Below, one piece after another: positions 9,325 through 18,294 of a stretch of DNA of 32,000 nucleotides (position 1 is the first letter of the stretch; every line of letters starts with the position of its first letter). The notes beneath the pieces are model-generated. The model did not search any database. It had not been told where the DNA came from and was given only the letters and a program-made list of their open reading frames with translations. Made by a program: the position numbers and the translations under genes. Origin of the DNA: Clostridiaceae bacterium. Its GTDB lineage: Bacteria > Bacillota > Clostridia > Clostridiales > Clostridiaceae. Location: NCBI GenBank assembly GCA_040217795.1, contig JBEHWK010000010.1:4260-36259 (forward strand), read 5' to 3'.

Positions 9325-10323
9325 ATGGCAACTTCTATCAAGGACGTGGCTAGAGAAGCAGGAGTCTCAATTGCAACTGTGTCCAGAGTTCTTAATGATA
9401 TTGATGTGGTTAATGAAGAGACAAAAAAGAAGGTTGTAGATGCTATAAAGAAATTAGGCTACAGACCTAATATAGTAGCAAGAAGTTTAAAAACTCAAAG
9501 GACTAAGACTATAGGAATATTGGTTCCTGATATTTCAAGCCAGTTTTATCCTGAAATTGTAAGAGGAGCAGAAGATGTTTCTAACATTTATGACTATAAT
9601 GTAATCTTATGTAACTCAGATTTTGATGGAGAAAAGGAAAAAGAATATCTGAGAGTGCTTAAGGAGAAAATGGTTGATGGTGTTTTATACATGAGCTCTT
9701 CTCTGCAAGATGATATTTTGGAGCTGATCAACGAATTGGACTTGAAGACAGTTCTTGTAGAGACAAAAGATAAGGAGGGAACCTTGCCAAGCGTAATAAT
9801 TGATAATGTTAAGGCAGCATATGATGCGACAAAGTATTTGCTTGATAAAGGTTTGAAAAATATCGGATATATTGGAATGAAAAAAGAAGCTCTAAATGCT
9901 TGGGCTATAAGATATAATGGATATGAAGATGCTTTGAAAGAGGCTGGAGTAGAAGTTGACAGCGAGCTTACTTATTTTAAGTCTCTGAAAGCTTCTACAG
10001 GATATGAGGGGGTAAAAGAAATATTAGCTTCAGGCAAGAAATTGGAAGGCTTAATATGCGGTTCTGATGAAGTGGCTATGGGAGCGATCAATGCATTGAG
10101 AGATAGCGGAATCAAGGTTCCGGAGGATGTAAAAGTTATAGGATTTAACAATATATCTGCTGCTGAACTTTTTTACCCTAAAATAACAACTGTTGCTCAA
10201 CCTATGTATGATATGGGATCAGTTGCTATGAGAATGCTGATAAAGATAATCAATCAAAAGCCTATTGATCAGGCACATTATGTTTTAGAGCATGATTTGA
10301 TTGAGAGAGATAGTGCTAAATAG
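9325..10323 (+). CDS. LacI-family transcriptional regulator, CcpA/RegA-like
   Basis: The N-terminal HTH is MATSIKDVAREAGVSIATVSRVLN, followed by a periplasmic-binding-fold body. ATG 9325 lies 8 nt after GGGAG; the track's 9316 start overlaps the RBS. The CcpA assignment rests on recalled similarity to clostridial CcpA and is not verified. Confidence 0.85.
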   Translation: MATSIKDVAREAGVSIATVSRVLNDIDVVNEETKKKVVDAIKKLGYRPNIVARSLKTQRTKTIGILVPDISSQFYPEIVRGAEDVSNIYDYNVILCNSDFDGEKEKEYLRVLKEKMVDGVLYMSSSLQDDILELINELDLKTVLVETKDKEGTLPSVIIDNVKAAYDATKYLLDKGLKNIGYIGMKKEALNAWAIRYNGYEDALKEAGVEVDSELTYFKSLKASTGYEGVKEILASGKKLEGLICGSDEVAMGAINALRDSGIKVPEDVKVIGFNNISAAELFYPKITTVAQPMYDMGSVAMRMLIKIINQKPIDQAHYVLEHDLIERDSAK

Positions 10324-10409
10324 AAGATATAAATTAAAAAGGCTTGTTTAGGGGCCTTTTTTAACATTCAAAAAAATGTTCAAAATTCTTTTCTTAAGGA
10401 ATAAATTGT

Positions 10410-11076
10410 ATGAAATATAAAATAGTAAGGGATAACAGAAGGAAAAAGGTTGCCATAAAGATATCCAATGACAATGAAATTTTGGTACTGGCACCTAAGA
10501 ATGCTACAAAGAAACAGATTGAATTGCTGGTAAAAACCAATGAAAATATCATAAGGGATAAGGTAAAGGAGCTAAATTCTTTAAAAATTAATAAGGGTTC
10601 TGAAAAAAGCCAGTTATTTTTAATGGGTAAGAAAATCAAAACTCAGATAAGCTATGTGAAAGAAGCAGGAAACCAATTGAAATATACTGGTGAAGAAATA
10701 GAGATTTATATTTTTGAAAAAGAAAGTGATAAAGAAAAGACAATAAATAAAATTATAGCTAACTGGTACAAAAAAATAGCAAAAGCATATTTATCTCATA
10801 TGGTGCAGGAGAAAGCCAGGGTATTGAGGTTCAATGTCAATAATATAAGAATTAAGGATGTTGAAACCATATGGGGAAGCTGCTCGTCAAAAGGAAATAT
10901 AAATCTCAATTACAGGCTTATAATGATGCCTGAGAGAATAATAAATTATGTTATAATCCACGAATTATGCCACCTGAAAGAAATTTTGGACATTGGTGGA
11001 AGGATACGACATGAATTATAAACTGCATAGAAATTTCCTTAGAACAGAAGGAAATATGTACAGATTGCTGATATAA
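10410..11076 (+). pseudogene. DUF45/M48-type (YgjP-like) zinc metallohydrolase, frameshifted immediately after HExxH
   Basis: Frame 0 reads ...WGSCSSKGNINLNYRLIMMPERIINYVIIHELCHLKE, then the unrelated ILDIGGRIRHEL and a stop at 11021. From nt 10981 the +1 frame reads KKFWTLVEGYDMNYKLHRNFLRTEGNMYRLLI with a stop at 11074-11076. That is the family's normal C-terminus, but the usual xNHS segment is missing. Confidence 0.65.
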
Positions 11077-11090
11077 AAAGAAGAGTAAAT

Positions 11091-11130
11091 AAAATCCCTG
11101 TGAAATTCAAGATGATTTCACAGGGATTTT
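11091..11130. terminator. Bidirectional terminator
   Basis: 16-bp stem: AAAATCCCTGTGAAAT (11091-11106) pairs with ATTTCACAGGGATTTT (11115-11130). A/T runs are built into both ends. Confidence 0.8.
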
Positions 11131-11135
11131 ATTTA

Positions 11136-11318
11136 TTATATAATACCCTCGTTTTTTAATATTTCTTCCAGTTCCTGAACTTTTGTAGAAAGAGTCATGA
11201 ACTTTTCTTTTAATAATTCTTTGGAATTGGATTCATCCAGTACCTTTTCCATAAATTCTACTGTTTGTAGTGCTTCGTCTACTTCTTGTTGTGCTAATTT
11301 AAGTTTGTTTTCTTCCAT
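11136..11318 (-). CDS. Small (60 aa) coiled-coil hypothetical protein
   Basis: The internal ATG at 11318 lies 8 nt after AGGAGA. The product is MEENKLKLAQQEVDEALQTVEFMEKVLDESNSKELLKEKFMTLSTKVQELEEILKNEGII, with a heptad-like charge pattern. The 90-aa version in the track has no RBS. Confidence 0.55.
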   Translation of the reverse strand: MEENKLKLAQQEVDEALQTVEFMEKVLDESNSKELLKEKFMTLSTKVQELEEILKNEGII

Positions 11319-11464
11319 AATCAAATCTCCTTGAAAATCAATTGCAGGCAGGGAATATAAATAAACTGCCTGCAAGTAAATCCTATCACGTATTAACATA
11401 GCCTTCAAGGCATATATTTTATCAAGTCCTTTACATAAAAAAATATAAAAAAGTGGTGTTTGAG

Positions 11465-12040
11465 ATGATAAATTATATTTGGTTTTTTATGGTAGCATCA
11501 GGGATTATTATAGGTGTTTTGAGAGGAAAAGGCATGGAAATAAGCAAAGGAATTATTGATTCCTCAGGAAGTGCTGTTGAATTGATAATAGGACTTCTAG
11601 GTATAATGTGTTTTTGGTGTGGAGTAATGAAGATAGCGGAGAAAAGCGGATTAACAGAAAAAATGGCCAAACTCTTGAAGCCATTGTTAAAAATAATTTT
11701 CAAGGATGCTGCTAAGGATGAAAAGGCATTAGGTGCTATTGTAATGAATATAACAGCAAATGTTTTTGGATTATCCAATGCGGCAACGCCTTTTGGGATA
11801 AAAGCCATGGAGGAAATGCAGAAACTGAATAGAGACGAGTCTAAAGCGTCTGATGATATGGCATTATTCTTAGTATTAAATGCTGCATGCATTCAGCTGG
11901 TACCTTCAACAGTCATTTCCATAAGAGCTGCTTGTAACTCGCAAAATCCGGCAGTTATAGTAATGCCTGCTGTAATTGCTACAGGTGGAGCTGCTATTGC
12001 AGGCATTATTGCTTCAAAAATTCTTCAGAAGTATTTTTAG
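11465..12040 (+). CDS. spmA: Spore maturation protein A (nucleoside-recognition/Gate domain membrane protein)
   Basis: MINYIWFFMVASGIIIGVLRGKG... aligns with the SpmA N-terminus as I recall it. The protein is polytopic and is followed directly by an spmB-like gene. Confidence 0.8.
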   Translation: MINYIWFFMVASGIIIGVLRGKGMEISKGIIDSSGSAVELIIGLLGIMCFWCGVMKIAEKSGLTEKMAKLLKPLLKIIFKDAAKDEKALGAIVMNITANVFGLSNAATPFGIKAMEEMQKLNRDESKASDDMALFLVLNAACIQLVPSTVISIRAACNSQNPAVIVMPAVIATGGAAIAGIIASKILQKYF

Positions 12041-12048
12041 GAGGCACG

Positions 12049-12570
12049 ATGATTAGGAATTTAAGCTTAAGTATAATCCCGATTATATTTTTATTAACAA
12101 TATTTTATGGTATGATAAGCGGAAAAAAAGTGTATGAGTGGTTTGTTGAAGGAGCTAAGGAAGGAGCGCAGGTATGTCTGCGGATTTTTCCATATCTTCT
12201 TGCAATGATAATCGGAGTCAAAATATTCAGAGAATCGGGTCTTTTAGATATTTTAAATTTTCTGCTGTCTCCAATAACAGCAATTATAGGACTGCCTCAG
12301 GAATTGCTGCCTTTGATATTGATAAAACCCCTATCAGGAAGCGGAGCAATTGGTGTGTATACGGATATTATTAAAAACTATGGAGCTGATACTTATATAG
12401 GATTGGTAGCTTCGGTATTAATGGGAACTACAGAAACTATTTTTTATACTGTCACAGTATACTACGGAGCTGTGAAAATAAAAAAAATAAGGCATACTCT
12501 ATGGGCAGCAGTTATGGCAGATTTAACAGCAATAATATTGTCAATTTTGATGGTAAAAATGCTATTATAA
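12049..12570 (+). CDS. spmB: Spore maturation protein B
   Basis: 173-aa polytopic protein with RBS AGGAGG 5 nt before the ATG. The KPLSGSGAIGV motif and the pairing with spmA support the call. Confidence 0.8.
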   Translation: MIRNLSLSIIPIIFLLTIFYGMISGKKVYEWFVEGAKEGAQVCLRIFPYLLAMIIGVKIFRESGLLDILNFLLSPITAIIGLPQELLPLILIKPLSGSGAIGVYTDIIKNYGADTYIGLVASVLMGTTETIFYTVTVYYGAVKIKKIRHTLWAAVMADLTAIILSILMVKMLL

Positions 12571-12626
12571 AGAAAATATTGAGAGTGGTGTTTATTTGAA
12601 TTAGAATAAACTTGAGGTGGTTTAAG

Positions 12627-13352
12627 GTGATAGAAATTAAAGGGGTGACTAAAAGTTACAACGGAAAAATAAATGTAGTGGATGATATAACTCTGAAAAT
12701 TGAGGATGGTGAAATCTTTGGCTTTTTAGGGCCAAACGGTGCAGGAAAAACTACAACCATCAAGATGATTACGGGAATACTATCAACTACAAAAGGAGAA
12801 ATACTCATTAATGGATTGAACATAAAGGATAATCCTTTGGAGTATAAAAAAAAGTTTGGATATGTTCCGGATAATCCGGATATGTTTTTGAGGATGAAAG
12901 GAATAGAATATTTAAACTTTATGGCTGATATATATGATGTGCCCCTAAGTGAAAGATGTGGGAAAATAGATAGATTATCAAAAGAATTTTCCATGGAAAC
13001 TTCTCTGGGTGATAAATTGCAGAGCTACTCTCATGGCATGCGACAAAAGATGGTGCTGATGGGCGCATTGATACATAATCCGGAGGTATGGATACTTGAC
13101 GAACCTATGACAGGATTAGACCCCAAATCATCATTTCTTTTGAAAGAGATGATGAAGAAACATGCGGAGGCCCGGAAAAGTGTATTTTTTTCAACACATG
13201 TTCTTGAGGTGGCGGAAAAGCTATGTGACAGGGTTGCTGTTATCAACAAAGGGAAAATCCTTTTTTGCGGGACTTTAGAAGAAATGAAAAATAAGTTCTC
13301 AGAGGATGAGACTCTGGAAAAAATGTTCCTGGAGATGACTGAAAATGAATAA
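12627..13352 (+). CDS. ABC transporter ATP-binding protein (ABC-2/exporter type)
   Basis: Walker A GPNGAGKTT, signature-like YSHGMRQK and Walker B ILDEP. GTG 12627 lies 6 nt after GAGGTGG, giving MIEIKGVTKSY. Confidence 0.9.
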   Translation: MIEIKGVTKSYNGKINVVDDITLKIEDGEIFGFLGPNGAGKTTTIKMITGILSTTKGEILINGLNIKDNPLEYKKKFGYVPDNPDMFLRMKGIEYLNFMADIYDVPLSERCGKIDRLSKEFSMETSLGDKLQSYSHGMRQKMVLMGALIHNPEVWILDEPMTGLDPKSSFLLKEMMKKHAEARKSVFFSTHVLEVAEKLCDRVAVINKGKILFCGTLEEMKNKFSEDETLEKMFLEMTENE

Positions 13353-15003
13353 ATTATGGATACTTACAAAGTTTTTTATTAGGAGTTTTTATTATGGAAT
13401 TACTTCAAATGCTAAAGGAAAAGCACAACAGATAGCTGTGGCAGCGGCAATATTAATCTCCATGGGAAGCATAGCAATACCCATTTCATTTATGGTTTCA
13501 GCAATATACAAGCCTTTAGTTCTTCTTAATCAAAAAGAACTTCTACTTGGAACATTATTTAACACAGCATCATTGGTGATATTTATTTTGGGAATAACAG
13601 GAGTAATGAGTATTTTTTATTTTTCGCAGGATGTGGAATGGCTGCTTCCTTTGCCAGTTAAGGCATCCCATATAGTAATCGGAAAGTTTTTAAGTATAGT
13701 ATTATATGAGTATATTTTCTTGATATGCATTATTCCAGGGGTAATTGTATATGGAATTGTGTCTGGATCAGGACTTTTATATTATTTATCTGCAATTATA
13801 GTTCTTTTGTCGTTGCCTGTAGTGCCTATTGCTTATGGGACTATCATAAGCTTTTTATTGATGAGATTCACTAATTTATCAAAACATAAGGACGGATTTA
13901 AGGTAATTGCAGGATTTATGGGCATTTTTTTTGCACTAGGGATAAATTTCTTAATTCAGAGAATGGGAAATAATTTTCACGTTGACAATGCAGAAAGTAT
14001 ACAGGCTGTTTTAGGGCAAGGATCTATTTTTGACAGAATGACAACCATATTCTTCAATGTCAAGTTTTCTACCTATTGTTTAACTGAAAGTGGAACAGCT
14101 AAAGGGTTTATTAATTTAATCTTATTAATTTTAATTACTTCATCAATTGTTGTCTTGGTATATAAATTGGCTGATACGCTCTATATAAGGGGTGCAGTGG
14201 GATTATCCCAATCAAGCTCAAGAAAAAGTATTTTATCTGGAAAGCAGAAGGAGAGTTTTGTTAAAGAAAATTCACAATTAACAGCTTTGATTAAGAGGGA
14301 AATAAAAATTCTTCTAAGAACACCATCGTATGTGATTAATTGTATCAGCACATTAATACTTCCAATTATTATTTTCATTATTCCTTTTATAGGATCCGGA
14401 GCTGAAGGGATAAGAAAGCTTAATGAGTTAGTGAGCGGTTCAAAAGATTCCCCTCATATAATTATAGGAATATATATAGGATTAATGGCTTTTATGGTGA
14501 GTTCAAATTCAATTGCATCTACAGCTGTATCAAGGGAAGGGAAAGAAATGGCAGCTACAAAATATATGCCTGTTTTACCAAAAACAAGATTATTGGCAAA
14601 GGTGTATATGGCTGTTGGATTAAGTAATGTAACCAACATAATATTTGCACTTGCTTTATTGATGTTTAAGGTGAATATTGAAACAATTATTGGAGCTTTT
14701 TTAATGGGAGAATTAATAATTGTTCTTGTAAGTATTTTGGGTGTTTTAATAGATACGTATTCCCCTAAATTAGACTGGGACAATGAGCAACAGGCAGTGA
14801 AGAATAACTTTAATATAATGAAAACCATAGGAGGAATGCTCATTTTAAGTGTAATTTCGTTGCTTTTATATATTGGAGGGACTTTTGTAATTTCTCAAAC
14901 ATTTGGATTTGCGACTGTTATTGCATTGTTAATCGCATGTACAATAGTCAGTTATAGAATTTTAATAAATAAATCAACCGCCCGCTTAGAGAAAATTGAG
15001 TAA
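13345..15003 (+). CDS. Large polytopic ABC exporter permease (about 12 TM, two-lobed)
   Basis: 552 aa and highly hydrophobic. Its start overlaps the ATPase stop (ATGAATAA), which implies translational coupling. Confidence 0.8.
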   Translation: MNKLWILTKFFIRSFYYGITSNAKGKAQQIAVAAAILISMGSIAIPISFMVSAIYKPLVLLNQKELLLGTLFNTASLVIFILGITGVMSIFYFSQDVEWLLPLPVKASHIVIGKFLSIVLYEYIFLICIIPGVIVYGIVSGSGLLYYLSAIIVLLSLPVVPIAYGTIISFLLMRFTNLSKHKDGFKVIAGFMGIFFALGINFLIQRMGNNFHVDNAESIQAVLGQGSIFDRMTTIFFNVKFSTYCLTESGTAKGFINLILLILITSSIVVLVYKLADTLYIRGAVGLSQSSSRKSILSGKQKESFVKENSQLTALIKREIKILLRTPSYVINCISTLILPIIIFIIPFIGSGAEGIRKLNELVSGSKDSPHIIIGIYIGLMAFMVSSNSIASTAVSREGKEMAATKYMPVLPKTRLLAKVYMAVGLSNVTNIIFALALLMFKVNIETIIGAFLMGELIIVLVSILGVLIDTYSPKLDWDNEQQAVKNNFNIMKTIGGMLILSVISLLLYIGGTFVISQTFGFATVIALLIACTIVSYRILINKSTARLEKIE

Positions 15004-15011
15004 AGAGTGTG

Positions 15012-15047
15012 AAAAAGGAAGTTATGCAAAGAATAACTTCCTTTTTT
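15012..15047. terminator. Bidirectional terminator between convergent ABC operons
   Basis: AAAAGGAAGTTAT (15013-15025) pairs with ATAACTTCCTTTT (15033-15045), followed by a T-run. Confidence 0.8.
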
Positions 15048-15056
15048 ATCTGTTAT

Positions 15057-15842
15057 TTATTCTTTGTCAATTAATTGGGCCTCATCATTGAAGTAGTTTC
15101 TGAAACCGAGATATAAAAATATAAGGACAGTAATTGATACACTTCCTAATATTCCAAGCATAATAGCTATCTGATATTTAATGGCAACTAAAGGTGAAGA
15201 ACCAGATAGAATCTGTCCTGTCATCATTCCTGGAAGAAATACTATTCCCATACCGAGCATTGAGTTGACAGTAGGAAGAATAGCAGAGTCAAATGCTGTA
15301 TTTACTATATCTTTGCAGGCTCTTTTAGGTGAAGCTCCAAGCATTAAGTAGGTTTCGATGAGGTTCTTATCTTTATCCATTCCAGTAATAAGCCTTGAAA
15401 CAGCCAGTGATAATCCGGTCATGGAATTACCTATGAACATTCCGCTTAAAGGAATGAAATATTGAGGGGAATACCATGGCGGATTTTTTACCACAAAAAT
15501 AATGAAGAATAGCAGGGTGCTGATGCTTCCGGCAAACATGGATATAAGAATGCTTTTCTTTAAGAATCCTGTTAAGTTTGCCTTATGTGTTTTAATTATA
15601 TTCATAACAGAGAAAGTTTCCATTACAAGCAGTATAACTATAGTTATAATTACGTTGGGGTATTTAAAAACATAGATTAAAATATATCCAGTCAGGATCA
15701 GCTGGAGGGTCATCCGTATTGAAGAGAGTAAAATAAGTTTTTCTCTGGGAATATTTCTTATCTTGACTATAACAATGAGAATAACCACAAATAAATAAGC
15801 TGTGAGAAGCTGATAAATGCTTAAGTCCTTTGCGCCGCCCAA
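15057..15842 (-). CDS. FetB/YbbM-family (UPF0014) ABC permease
   Basis: 261 aa with about 7 TM helices. The TTG start directly abuts the stop of the upstream ATPase, and GGGGAGGTGG lies about 5 nt upstream. Composition and length fit the YbbM/FetB family (recall). Confidence 0.75.
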   Translation of the reverse strand: MGGAKDLSIYQLLTAYLFVVILIVIVKIRNIPREKLILLSSIRMTLQLILTGYILIYVFKYPNVIITIVILLVMETFSVMNIIKTHKANLTGFLKKSILISMFAGSISTLLFFIIFVVKNPPWYSPQYFIPLSGMFIGNSMTGLSLAVSRLITGMDKDKNLIETYLMLGASPKRACKDIVNTAFDSAILPTVNSMLGMGIVFLPGMMTGQILSGSSPLVAIKYQIAIMLGILGSVSITVLIFLYLGFRNYFNDEAQLIDKE

Positions 15843-16484
15843 TTATGCCACCTCCCCTTGAAAAACAACTTTTCCGGATGATAATTCTATCATATATTCA
15901 GCAAAAGAAGCGGAGACTGCTTTTGAGTGAGTTATTATTATCAGTGAAATATTCTTATCTTTGCAATATTTAATCAGGTCTTCCATCAATCCTTCTTCAG
16001 TTGAACTGTCTAAAGCAGAGGTGGGTTCATCTAAAAGGAGAACTTCGGGGGTCAGAGCCAATGCTCTTGCAAGAGCAACCCTTTGTTTTTCACCACCTGA
16101 CAAAATATCGCAATTGGTGTCCAGATCCTTTTTCAAGTGTACTGTTTCCAGTAGTTTCATTATTGAGGAGTCCTCTATAGGTGATTTTTTATTTATATTT
16201 AAGGGCAATAATATATTATCTCTGATGTTTCCCTTAAACATGACAGCTGCCTGGGAACTCATGACCACATTTTTTCTGTGATAAACAGAATCCAGCTCCT
16301 TCAGGGAGGTGCCATTATAGCTTATGTTTCCGTTCTCAGGAGAGATAAGCTTATTTAATAGCCGTAGTAAAGTGCTTTTACCAGATCCGCTTTCACCTTG
16401 AATAATAACAATTTTGTCTGAAGGAATTAGCAGGCTTGTGATGTCCAGTATATTTTTGTATTTAACGTTATTCAATATAAACAT
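15843..16484 (-). CDS. FetA/YbbL-like ABC ATP-binding protein
   Basis: Walker A GESGSGKST, signature LSGGEKQR, Walker B LLLDEP. The 213-aa length is typical of YbbL. Confidence 0.85.
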   Translation of the reverse strand: MFILNNVKYKNILDITSLLIPSDKIVIIQGESGSGKSTLLRLLNKLISPENGNISYNGTSLKELDSVYHRKNVVMSSQAAVMFKGNIRDNILLPLNINKKSPIEDSSIMKLLETVHLKKDLDTNCDILSGGEKQRVALARALALTPEVLLLDEPTSALDSSTEEGLMEDLIKYCKDKNISLIIITHSKAVSASFAEYMIELSSGKVVFQGEVA

Positions 16485-16584
16485 TGTTGTCCTCCTGTAG
16501 TATTCAATTCCATGTTTTCAGGAATATTTGGTTTTTATGTTATAATTATTATATATTAAAAAATTAAAAGGAGATACTTTTTAT

Positions 16585-17823
16585 ATGAAATCAGAAGTTT
16601 TTAAAAAGAATAGGGAGAATTTGTTGAATAATATAGAAGAAAACAGTGCAGCAGTTTTTTTTGCAGGAAGTGCACCAAAAAAAACTGGTGATGAGGCATA
16701 TTTGTTTACACCTGACAGAAATTTTTATTATCTGACTGGAGTGGATGAGCAGGATATAATTTTACTTTTAGTTAAAGGAAAAGAAGAAACAAAACAGATT
16801 TTATTTATTAAAAAACCTGATTTGGAATTGGAAAAGTGGATAGGCAAAAGCATTAGAGCAGGAGAAGCAAAAGAGAAAGGTGCCTTTCGGCAAATAAAGT
16901 ATATAGAGGATTTTGAAGATACTCTTCATGGTGTACTATTTAAAGATGGTATCGAAAGACTATATTTAGATTTGGAACGAGATAAGTTTTCCCAAAGGCT
17001 AACTCAGGAAGAAGAATTTGCAAAAGAAATCAAAGACAAATATCCTGATAAAATCATAAAGAACAGCTATAGTTTAGTATCGGAGCTTAGAATGATAAAG
17101 AGTTCTGAAGAAATAGAAAATATAAGAAAAGCTATTAAAATAACTATTGATGGTGTTAATGAATTAATGAAGAATTCTAAAGCAGGAATGAAGGAATTTG
17201 AACTTGAAGCATATTTTGATTTTCACTGCAAGAGGAACGGAACAAAAGACCTGGCATTTAAAACAATTGCAGCATCAGGCATAAATGCAACAGTTCTTCA
17301 TTATGCTGACAATGATTCAGAGATTAAGGATGGAGATTTGGTATTATTTGATTTAGGAGCACAATATGAATATTATAATGCGGATATAACAAGAACATTC
17401 CCTGTAAATGGGAAATTTACTGATAGGCAAAAACAGGTTTATGAAGCTGTTTTAAGAGTTAATAAGAAAGTTATAGAAGAGCTGAAGCCGGGAATAAATT
17501 TTAAAGAAATAAACAACAAAGCCACGGAAATGATTGCAGAAGAATGCATCAAATTAGGTTTGATTAAAGACGCGGAAGAAGTCAGAAAATATTACTGGCA
17601 CTCCATAGGTCACAGTTTAGGGCTTGACACTCATGATGTGGGGAAAAGGGAAACCTTGCTTAAGCCTGGGATGATATATACAGTTGAACCAGGTATATAC
17701 ATAGAGGAAGAAGGTATAGGGATAAGAATAGAGGATGATGTGCTCATTACTGAAAAGGGATATGAAGTTCTTACAAAGGACATGATTAAGGAAGTTGAAG
17801 AGATAGAAAAATTCATGAAGTAG
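16585..17823 (+). CDS. M24B Xaa-Pro aminopeptidase (PepP-like)
   Basis: Pita-bread metal ligands are present: DLVLFDLGAQYEYYNADITRTF, HSIGHSLGLDTHD, EPGIY and GIRIEDDVLIT. An N-terminal creatinase/AMP_N-like domain precedes them. Confidence 0.9.
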   Translation: MKSEVFKKNRENLLNNIEENSAAVFFAGSAPKKTGDEAYLFTPDRNFYYLTGVDEQDIILLLVKGKEETKQILFIKKPDLELEKWIGKSIRAGEAKEKGAFRQIKYIEDFEDTLHGVLFKDGIERLYLDLERDKFSQRLTQEEEFAKEIKDKYPDKIIKNSYSLVSELRMIKSSEEIENIRKAIKITIDGVNELMKNSKAGMKEFELEAYFDFHCKRNGTKDLAFKTIAASGINATVLHYADNDSEIKDGDLVLFDLGAQYEYYNADITRTFPVNGKFTDRQKQVYEAVLRVNKKVIEELKPGINFKEINNKATEMIAEECIKLGLIKDAEEVRKYYWHSIGHSLGLDTHDVGKRETLLKPGMIYTVEPGIYIEEEGIGIRIEDDVLITEKGYEVLTKDMIKEVEEIEKFMK

Positions 17824-17844
17824 ACAGAATATTATAACAAAAGA

Positions 17845-17873
17845 TACATTCAAATTTCAAAAGGTGGTATAAT
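17845..17873 (+). promoter_or_regulatory. Putative extended -10 sigma-A promoter of the phasin-like gene
   Basis: TACATT (17845-17850), 17-nt spacer, TGgTATAAT (17865-17873). Confidence 0.45.
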
Positions 17874-17904
17874 ATAGGTAATAAGTTCATAGGAGATGAT
17901 TAGT

Positions 17905-18192
17905 ATGATAAAAAAAATACTTTTAGCTGGTGTGGGCGCTATAGCAACCACTTATGATAAAGCATCAGAGGTTGTGAATGAATTGGTTGAAAAGGGTAAG
18001 CTGACAGTTGAGGAAGGAAAAGAACTGACTGAAGAACTTAAGGTGACTTTTACTAATAAAGCTAAAGATGTGAAGCCTTTAAACAGAGAAGATGTTATTG
18101 CACTAGTGAATGAACTTGGATATGTTAAAAAAGAAGAATTAGATGAGTTGAAAAAGAGAGTGGAGACTTTAGAAACAAAAAGTACTCCGTAA
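17905..18192 (+). CDS. Phasin-like small protein (COG3937-type)
   Basis: ATG 17905 lies 9 nt after AGGAG. MIKKILLAGVGAIATTYDKASEVVNELVEKGKLTVEEGKELTEELK plus a C-terminal coiled coil matches what I recall of Firmicute 'phasin family' proteins. Confidence 0.6.
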   Translation: MIKKILLAGVGAIATTYDKASEVVNELVEKGKLTVEEGKELTEELKVTFTNKAKDVKPLNREDVIALVNELGYVKKEELDELKKRVETLETKSTP

Positions 18193-18238
18193 ATATGTTT
18201 GATACATCATAAAATTTATGTTGATTTATTGAGGTGGT

Positions 18239-18272
18239 AAAAGCTAAAGGACAATTTTCCTTTAGCTTTTTT
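18239..18272 (+). terminator. Intrinsic terminator between the phasin-like gene and the UbiB-like gene
   Basis: AAAAGCTAAAGGA (18239-18251) pairs with TCCTTTAGCTTTT (18258-18270), followed by TT. The hairpin ends 7 nt before the RBS of the next gene. Confidence 0.7.
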
Positions 18273-18294
18273 GCAAAAGGGGGAGTAGGTTCAA

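Noticed and set aside
11319-11408. N-terminal 30-aa extension of the small coiled-coil ORF (90-aa version)
   Set aside because: The upstream ATG has no Shine-Dalgarno sequence, and the extension would be translated through the 10-bp hairpin. The internal ATG at 11318 has AGGAGA at ideal spacing.
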